A stretch of DNA of 64,000 bases from an uncultured Dehalococcoidia bacterium (GTDB lineage: Bacteria; Chloroflexota; Dehalococcoidia; SM23-28-2; RBG-16-64-32). A program made the position numbers and the translations under genes. This document shows, piece after piece, positions 57,425 through 64,000 of this stretch (positions within the stretch are counted from its first letter, which is position 1; the number at the start of each line of letters is the position of its first letter). The stretch is taken from NCBI GenBank assembly GCA_964649215.1, contig CAZYOV010000002.1, forward strand, positions 2,288-66,287, in the 5' to 3' direction. The notes beneath the pieces are model-generated. The model worked only from the letters and a program-made list of their open reading frames with translations. It was not told where the DNA came from and did not search any database.

Positions 57425-58776
57425 CCGTCATTCCGTTTGTACACGAAGGGCTGGGCAACAGCTCATATCTTGTTGCCCTTGGCGGTGGCGAAGCCGCTCT
57501 CCTCGACCCGGACCGGAATGTGCGCCGGTACCTAGAAGCGGCCGAAGCGCGAGGCTTGCGCATCAGCTCAATCTTTGAAACACACCTCCACGCCGACTTC
57601 GTGTCAGGTGCGCGGGAGGCCGGACAGGCCACGGGCGCGCGCATCTTCGCGTCGGAAGGAGCGGAGTGCCGCTTCCCCCACCAAGCTGTGAAGGCCGGCG
57701 AACGGATCTCAAGTGGCCTTGGGGAGATCGAGGTCATCGCCTCGCCCGGCCACACGCCGGAGCACTTGAGCTACGCCTTTCGCTCGGAGCGAAGGCCGCC
57801 GGCGCTCTTCAGCGGCGGGTCGCTCATCGTCGGCGGGGCAGCCCGCACCGATCTCATCTCGCCCCAGCTGACGGACGAACTGACGCGCGCCCAGTATCAA
57901 ACCTTGATGGAGGCGTTCTCCTCATTTCCGGACGAAACGCTGCTCTACCCAACGCACGGCGGCGGATCTTTCTGCTCGGTGGGCGACGGAAGTGACCGCG
58001 TCTCGACCCTGGGCAGAGAGCGGGCCGCGAACCCGGTGCTGTCGTTCGAGCGGGAAGACGAGTTTGCCCGCTGGTTCCCCAGCACCTTCCCAGCAGTGCC
58101 TGCCTACTTCTCACGAATGCGACCCATCAATCAGCAGGGCCCACGCCACACCTATGAGATAGCACCGCCGCCCGCGCTCCCGCCCGCCGAGTTCGACCGC
58201 GCGCGTGAGCAGGCCACAATCATAGATGTGCGCCCCAATGAGACGTACGCGTCAGCCCACGTCCCCGGCTCGCTCAGCATCCCGTTCCGGGACTCTTACG
58301 CCACGTGGCTGGGCTGGCTGGTGCCGCCGGAGACGGCGCTGATCTTCGTGGCAGGAGACGTGCCTCTGGAACATGTCGTCGAAGAGTCGCTGCTGGTGGG
58401 CTATGAGCGGTTCGGCGGCTGGCTCGACGGCGGCATCGAAGCCTGGATGTCGGCGGGGAAGGCTGTGGAACAGTCCGCGTTGGTCGACGCGCACGAGGCC
58501 CGTAAGGCGATCCTCAGCGGCGCCGCCGTGCTTGACGTACGCGAGCCGACCGAGGTGCAATCGGGTCGCATTGAGGGCGCGATCCACGTGCCGCTAGGTG
58601 AGCTGGAAGCAAACCTAAACAAGCTAGCGAAGGACCGTCCCATCGTCACCTATTGCGGCCACGGCGAGCGCGCGGCGACTGCCGTGTCGATCCTTGAGCG
58701 CGCCGGCTTCGGGCCGCTGTTGAACCTGAACGGAGGCTTCGAGGCCTGGACGGAGGCAGGGTATCCAGCCGCGTGA
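57421..58776 (+). CDS. MBL-fold metallo-hydrolase (persulfide-dioxygenase-like) fused to rhodanese domains
   Basis: HxHxDH motif (ETHLHADFVSG); C-terminal rhodanese modules; ATGA overlap with the MFS gene. Confidence 0.7.
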   Translation: MTVIPFVHEGLGNSSYLVALGGGEAALLDPDRNVRRYLEAAEARGLRISSIFETHLHADFVSGAREAGQATGARIFASEGAECRFPHQAVKAGERISSGLGEIEVIASPGHTPEHLSYAFRSERRPPALFSGGSLIVGGAARTDLISPQLTDELTRAQYQTLMEAFSSFPDETLLYPTHGGGSFCSVGDGSDRVSTLGRERAANPVLSFEREDEFARWFPSTFPAVPAYFSRMRPINQQGPRHTYEIAPPPALPPAEFDRAREQATIIDVRPNETYASAHVPGSLSIPFRDSYATWLGWLVPPETALIFVAGDVPLEHVVEESLLVGYERFGGWLDGGIEAWMSAGKAVEQSALVDAHEARKAILSGAAVLDVREPTEVQSGRIEGAIHVPLGELEANLNKLAKDRPIVTYCGHGERAATAVSILERAGFGPLLNLNGGFEAWTEAGYPAA

Positions 58777-59129
58777 CACCAGGGTTCAGAGGCCGATGCC
58801 CGCACGCCGGCACACTGAGAAGTCTTAGTGTTGGTCGGAATCGCTCAATAGTTAGGTTATACGACGCTCCGCCGCCTCGACGAGCTGGCGACGACTTCTG
58901 TGGGAAGGTCATGTCGTCTCCCTCGCCATACTAGTCGTTCTTCTCGCGCGCGAAACAGTCGATGTTGAGGCTGCAGCCGACTTAGTGACCCCTGCCCTTC
59001 CCGGTGTAGGAGACAGGAGAAAAGTCTGGAGTCGATATCCGCCGCATCTCCTCCGAACACACTGGACTCCCTTCCGGTCCGGTTGCACACTATATATTCG
59101 GGCAGTGAGGGGGAGGAGGATGAAGAGGG

Positions 59130-61400
59130 ATGTCGAGACTGGCGTTCGGAGTGGCTGCGGCGGTCACGGTATTCATCGCAGCCGGATTCGTGACGCTCGC
59201 CTATCCGTTCATCTATCGCCAGCCTCTGGCTGAGTCGTTTCTGGAAGTAGATGGCGCCGAAGGGAAGGCATGGCTGGACACCCGGATAGTCATCGAGATT
59301 CGCGGCAGCCTCTCTGAGGATCAGGTTCGCGAGTCACTTGGCATTTATCCCCCTGTTCGGCTCGGGGAAGAAGATCTAAAGGTAGAACACATCGCGAAGC
59401 TCCCTTGGCACGAGCGGTTTCCCTGGGCCAAGACGAGGGTGAGCATCAATCCCCACAAAGCGCGGCTCTTCGAGCCCGAAACCGGCTACACCGTCGTCCT
59501 GAACGACAAAAGACTGACCTTCGAAACGATAACCCTACCGCGGGTAGTGGATGCTCGCGTTGACTCCATCCTCCACCACAATTTCATGTACGTCGCTCCA
59601 TCTAACCCGATCGTCCTTGCTTTCAACGAGGAGGTGGTCTGGCGGGACGAATACCTAGAGCTCGAGCCTCCTGTGGAGGTAACGACGGCCAGCAACAGAT
59701 CCGCCGACGGCGGCACTGAGGTTTGGGTCATCCCAGAAGGGCCGTGGGTAGACTCCACCACCTACACTCTGACGATCAGCGAAGGCGTGAAGGACATCTT
59801 CGGTCATGAGGGAGTCGAACGGTTCTCTCTGGACTTCACGATCCGACCCAGGCCGCAGATCATTGCGGCGAGTCTTGCCGGTGACCGCCTGCCGACTGAC
59901 CCCGTTGTGAGACTCAGGTTCGAGCGTCCGGTGGATCGAGAATCTGTCGAAGAGGCCTTCGAGGTCCAGCCGGATGTGGCGGGAAGCGTTCGGTGGGAAA
60001 GCGATCTGGTGCTTACCTGGACGCCGGACAACAACGTTGATTACTCAACGACATACACAGTGACGGCGGGCGGTACATCGATCGACGGCGACCTATTCGT
60101 TCCGAATGAATGGGCTTTCACCACTCCCGATCCGCCGGTCTACGTAACGATTGAAGGCAGCGACGAGAGCCCGACGCTGCTTCGCGCCGTGGTGAGCGGG
60201 GGCACCGGTGACTACTCTTATGAGTGGAGCAGCGGGGAGCCCAGCGAAGAAATCTCGGTGGACCTATGGTACGGCGAGACTCGAACCTTTGAGGTCACGG
60301 TTACCAGTGGCGACCAGCAAGCCAGCGCCCAGCTTCTGGTCCTTGGCCCGCCACCGCCCTGTCCCGAAGGCTGGCGTATCATCACGGAGGAGGTCTGCTA
60401 CAAGGAGGAGGTTCTACCCGGGCCCGTGCGCGTGTTCGTGACGCGCGTAGACGTTCAAGATCCCGATGTTCAACTAGACGCGGCGCCGGCGGCGGACTTT
60501 CTGGGAATCCCCAGCACGGTAAGCAGATCTGCCCGGGCGCGGGACACTCTCGTCTCTATCAACAGCGACTTCTTCAACCTGGCCCGCGGGGAGTATTTCA
60601 CTCGAGGCCCTATCGTTTCTGGCAGCAATTTCGTCTATACCCCGCGGCCGGCGGGGGTCGTCTTCGCTCTTGATCCAGATCTCAACTCCTGGGTCGGCCC
60701 GGCGGAGGAGTTCGCCGTCTACGTGAACCCCACGTCCGGCGAGACGAAGCGCCTGGAGACGATCAACAGCCCCCCCGGCGGGGACGGCCTTGCGCTCTTC
60801 AACGCCTACTGGGGGGAGCGGCTTTCGTTAGGCCTGGACGGCTGCTTCGCCCTGTTCGCCCCGACGGACCCAGCGATGAACGTGGCTTACCGATTTTCGT
60901 GCGGCGCAATAGAGGACATTCCTCTAGCGGCGGGGGAGTTCGTGCTGATAGCGAGGGGTGAATCAACCGAGTGGATGAAGCAGAATATCGAGCGCCCCAT
61001 CAGCTTCAGCACCTCATCTCCTCTCTCGGCTGTCGACTTCATGGTGGGTGGTTCTCACGTGCTGCTACAGAATGGCGAACCCAGCGACGGTACCTCTTTC
61101 GCCAGTGGCAGACACCCCAGGACCGCCATCGGCATCGATGAACAGTCGTTCGTATACGTCGTCGTGGTGGACGGACGGAGCGAGGCCTCGATAGGGATGA
61201 GCCTCGCCGAGCTTCGGAACTATCTGGGCGGGCTCGGGCTCGTCAGCGCGATAAACCTGGACGGAGGTGGCAGCAGCACGATGGTCCTGCAAGGATCCGT
61301 AGTGAACACCCCGTCGGATGGTAGAGAACGCTCGGTCGCTGGTGTAGTCGAGATCGCAGAACAGCATCCCACATGCTGGCACGAATTCGTTCGGTGCTAG
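59130..61400 (+). CDS. membrane-anchored phosphodiester glycosidase family protein (NAGPA/DUF2233 domain)
   Basis: N-terminal TM helix; C-terminal ..NSDFFN..GIDEQSFVYVVVVDGR..NLDGGGSSTM.. Confidence 0.6.
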   Translation: MSRLAFGVAAAVTVFIAAGFVTLAYPFIYRQPLAESFLEVDGAEGKAWLDTRIVIEIRGSLSEDQVRESLGIYPPVRLGEEDLKVEHIAKLPWHERFPWAKTRVSINPHKARLFEPETGYTVVLNDKRLTFETITLPRVVDARVDSILHHNFMYVAPSNPIVLAFNEEVVWRDEYLELEPPVEVTTASNRSADGGTEVWVIPEGPWVDSTTYTLTISEGVKDIFGHEGVERFSLDFTIRPRPQIIAASLAGDRLPTDPVVRLRFERPVDRESVEEAFEVQPDVAGSVRWESDLVLTWTPDNNVDYSTTYTVTAGGTSIDGDLFVPNEWAFTTPDPPVYVTIEGSDESPTLLRAVVSGGTGDYSYEWSSGEPSEEISVDLWYGETRTFEVTVTSGDQQASAQLLVLGPPPPCPEGWRIITEEVCYKEEVLPGPVRVFVTRVDVQDPDVQLDAAPAADFLGIPSTVSRSARARDTLVSINSDFFNLARGEYFTRGPIVSGSNFVYTPRPAGVVFALDPDLNSWVGPAEEFAVYVNPTSGETKRLETINSPPGGDGLALFNAYWGERLSLGLDGCFALFAPTDPAMNVAYRFSCGAIEDIPLAAGEFVLIARGESTEWMKQNIERPISFSTSSPLSAVDFMVGGSHVLLQNGEPSDGTSFASGRHPRTAIGIDEQSFVYVVVVDGRSEASIGMSLAELRNYLGGLGLVSAINLDGGGSSTMVLQGSVVNTPSDGRERSVAGVVEIAEQHPTCWHEFVRC

Positions 61401-61609
61401 CCCGGCGCGGTGAAACTGAAGCATGGCTGTGGCTCACACTTACGGCACTTAGTGTGCCCTTGTTCAGGGGGCCACGTGCGTCCGAGAGATCGCCTGCGTG
61501 GCCCGCAACAGTCCGCTATTAAATGACGCGTTGCGAAGGCTACCGGAAATGCCCAAGACGTGGAGATGTGTGTCGCTGCGGAGGGCCCGGCGTATTGCAC
61601 AGAGGCAGA

Positions 61610-63310
61610 TTACGGCCGCATCCCCCTGCTCTTCGGTCCGCGAGCTTCGGCTTCAACGATCTCGTAGGCGCGGCGGGCGAACTCGATCAACAGCGGACGG
61701 GTATCACGGGGATCGATGATCTCCTCGATGCCGAAGGCTTCTGCAGTGAGGATCGGGTCGCGCAGGGAAACGAGCTTGGCCTCCAGCTCCGCGCGGAGCT
61801 TGTCCGGATCATCGGCCTCCTGAAGCTGACGCTTGTAGGCAGCCTCCACCCCGCCCTCGATCGGCAATGAGCCCCACTCGCCGGACGGCCAGGCGTAGCG
61901 AGGGCTTGAGCGCGTGTGGTTCGAGTGGCCAGCCCCGGCAACGCCGAACGCCTTCCGCACGATGATGGAGCACCAAGGGGTCGTTGCCTGATAGACGGCC
62001 GCGAGCGCCCGGACACCTTTTCGGATCGTGCCCTGCTTCTCAGCGTCGAAACCGATGAGGAAGCCGGGGTTGTCCACGAAGTTCACCACCGGCAGGCGAA
62101 ACGTATCGCAGAGATCGACGAACCGCATCATCTTTTCAGCGGCGGCCGCGTCGATCGAGCCGGCCAAGAACGCCGGGTCGTTGGCCATCACTCCCACGGG
62201 AATGCCGTCCAGGCGGGCCAATCCCGTGATGAGCGAAGGGCCGAAGTGTCGCGCGACCTCGAAGAAGGAGCCAACATCCATGATGAGCTCGACGATTCTT
62301 CGCGGGCTGTAGACCTTTCGTCGATCTCGCGGCACGATAGAGATGAGCTCCTCCTCCCGGCGCTCCGGGTCGTCTAAGGCCTCGGTGAGCGGCGGCGCTT
62401 CCCAAACGGATGAAGGCAGATAGGAAAGGAAGCGCCGGATGTGGTCGAAGGCCGCTTCTTCACTTTCCACTTCGTTGTCGACAGCGCCGCTGCCGTGGGC
62501 ATGGATATGCGAGCCTCCAAGCTCTTCCTTCTCAACTTCGCGCCCGAACGCTCTGTACACGACGGGGGGGCCGGCTACAAAGAGCTGACTCAATCCTCGC
62601 ACCATCACAGAGAAGTGCGACGCTGCGACGCGCGCCGCTCCAAGCCCGGCGACCGGACCTAGCGCCGCCGCGACCACGGGTACCTGCGAAAGCAGACCAA
62701 CCGCGACGTCCCAGTCCGGATTCGCTGGTACGTACGAACGCCGGAGCGCCGCGGTGGTCTTGACGCTTCCACCGCCCCCGGTGCCGTCGACGAGACGCAC
62801 AACCGGCAGCCGTAGCTCCCTGGCCGTTCGTTCGCTCCAGCCCATCTTGTTGCCGACTGCGCCATCCGCTGCGCCACCTCGAACTGTGAAGTCGTCGCAT
62901 CCGATGATGACCGGCCGACCGTTGATCGTCCCCCGCCCTGTAATGAAGTTCGAAGGGGTGTAGTCCACTATGCGCCCCTTCTCGTCGTATTCGACCCTGC
63001 TAGCGAGCGAGCCGATCTCTCGGAACGAGCCAGCGTCCAGCAGCTGATCAATGCGGTCGCGCACCGGAGTCCGGCCCTGGGCAATGTGGCGCGCGACGCG
63101 TTCGGCGCCGCCCATCTCATCGGCCCGTTCGCGCCGACGGCGGATCTCTTCGAGCTCAGGTTCCCAGGTCATGCTACCAACAGTGATTATAGCTCGCCGC
63201 GGTTGCTCTAGGGCTTCCCATGACCAGCCTTGAGTGGATAGGGATGCTTCGACATCTTCCGGGTTCGACACCAGCCGGCCATGCTCTGCAAGCAGAAAGT
63301 ATGCCCTCAT
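61610..63310 (-). CDS. acyl-CoA carboxylase carboxyltransferase (beta) subunit (PccB/AccD5-like)
   Basis: 566 aa with two crotonase-like halves; typical carboxyltransferase length and motifs. Confidence 0.85.
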   Translation of the reverse strand: MRAYFLLAEHGRLVSNPEDVEASLSTQGWSWEALEQPRRAIITVGSMTWEPELEEIRRRRERADEMGGAERVARHIAQGRTPVRDRIDQLLDAGSFREIGSLASRVEYDEKGRIVDYTPSNFITGRGTINGRPVIIGCDDFTVRGGAADGAVGNKMGWSERTARELRLPVVRLVDGTGGGGSVKTTAALRRSYVPANPDWDVAVGLLSQVPVVAAALGPVAGLGAARVAASHFSVMVRGLSQLFVAGPPVVYRAFGREVEKEELGGSHIHAHGSGAVDNEVESEEAAFDHIRRFLSYLPSSVWEAPPLTEALDDPERREEELISIVPRDRRKVYSPRRIVELIMDVGSFFEVARHFGPSLITGLARLDGIPVGVMANDPAFLAGSIDAAAAEKMMRFVDLCDTFRLPVVNFVDNPGFLIGFDAEKQGTIRKGVRALAAVYQATTPWCSIIVRKAFGVAGAGHSNHTRSSPRYAWPSGEWGSLPIEGGVEAAYKRQLQEADDPDKLRAELEAKLVSLRDPILTAEAFGIEEIIDPRDTRPLLIEFARRAYEIVEAEARGPKSRGMRP

Positions 63311-63563
63311 GACCGGGCGGTGGCAAGAGGGCTAGGGAAGCATAGGGCCAAACCGCGCACTAACGGCACTCAGTCTGCCTACGACTCTTCGCGCCGAAAC
63401 AACCACGAACGCGTCAACATTACCCCGTCAATACTTTCGGTTGAAGGCGCTGACCGACTTGAGTTGGAGATCCTGTGAGAGAAGAACGCGAGAAGTAAAA
63501 GGCAAGGCTGGAAGTCGTGTCCAGACGTGTGGGAGGGCCTGCTGGCGCCACCCGGGAACGGGA

Positions 63564-64000
63564 CTAGCTATCGGTTTGCATGAACGAGTAGCGCAGGAAG
63601 AGGTGATCGCCCGCCCGTTTCGCGCCCACCAGCGTCCCCCAGCGCGGGTCGTCCGGCGCGAAACGCTTCCCCGAGACTAGTCCCGGTCGCTCGACGGAGC
63701 CGTCACGGCCCGCTACCTGAGGCGCCAGCGTGATGAACAGCTCATGCAGACGTCGCTCTGCGAAGAAGTCGCCCATCAGCATCGGCCCCCCTTCGACCAG
63801 GACGATTTTGCTGTGACGAGCTTCGTTAGTAGCATTCAGGATCGCCCCCGCGCCTACTGGTCCGTCTTTCTCTACCGCGATGACCTTGACGGACCGTGGC
63901 ATGGACAGCGCCTCGATCCTCTTGGTGCCGCTGGGTGTCGTAACTATGAGGACGGGGACCTCCTGCGACCGAAAGACCCGAAAGTTGGGGACGAGGTTCC
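63564..64000 (-). CDS. dihydrofolate-reductase-like (RibD C-terminal domain) protein, 5' end beyond the window
   Basis: The reading frame stays open upstream of the first Met to the window edge (..VLIVTTPSGTKRIEALSMPRSVKVIAVEKDG..). Confidence 0.55.
   Translation of the reverse strand, partial: NLVPNFRVFRSQEVPVLIVTTPSGTKRIEALSMPRSVKVIAVEKDGPVGAGAILNATNEARHSKIVLVEGGPMLMGDFFAERRLHELFITLAPQVAGRDGSVERPGLVSGKRFAPDDPRWGTLVGAKRAGDHLFLRYSFMQTDS

Overview
The window is high-GC DNA (about 65% G+C by eye), probably from a Chloroflexota- or Actinomycetota-like bacterium. Taxonomy cannot be assigned from sequence alone. It falls into three zones. (1) Positions 1-8.3 kb form an accessory cluster of secreted or surface proteins: a TSP3-repeat Ca-binding protein, a cohesin-like protein, a collagen-like protein and an ECF sigma/anti-sigma fusion, together with small zinc-ribbon genes. 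These are driven by a recurring, nearly invariant promoter-like 36-45 bp repeat (TTGACA-N17-CACAAT). (2) Positions 8.3-29.5 kb form a mobile region centred on a tRNA-Gln/tRNA-Glu pair at 14309-14464, with a tyrosine integrase on each side. A roughly 15-kb integrated element lies right of the tRNAs. It is bounded by a 23-nt direct repeat of the tRNA-Glu 3' end (14442-14464 and 29495-29517) plus integrase arm-type repeats. It carries an excisionase, a primase-polymerase/RepA helicase, a Fic protein, an F420/flavin LLM oxidoreductase, more copies of the promoter-like repeat and a duplicated zinc-ribbon cassette. A mirror-image module left of the tRNAs carries an integrase, a RepA-like ATPase and a low-GC HEPN-like ORF. 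It shares a conserved block of about 1.2 kb with the right-hand element: a small HTH/terS-like gene plus roughly 500 bp of noncoding DNA rich in direct (iteron-like) and inverted repeats. (3) Positions 29.5-64 kb are core-like. They encode an HpcH aldolase, TPP enzymes (one frameshifted), an ECF sigma with a DUF5667/DUF5666 anti-sigma, a TetR with perfect palindromic operators, gltX, rluD, lspA, a Moco oxidoreductase/AsnC-tandem/TrpD-like/hypothetical operon, ltaE, an MMPL transporter, HtrA, a peroxiredoxin, an MFS transporter, an MBL-rhodanese protein, a phosphodiester glycosidase and an acyl-CoA carboxyltransferase. No CRISPR array, rRNA or transposase was seen.
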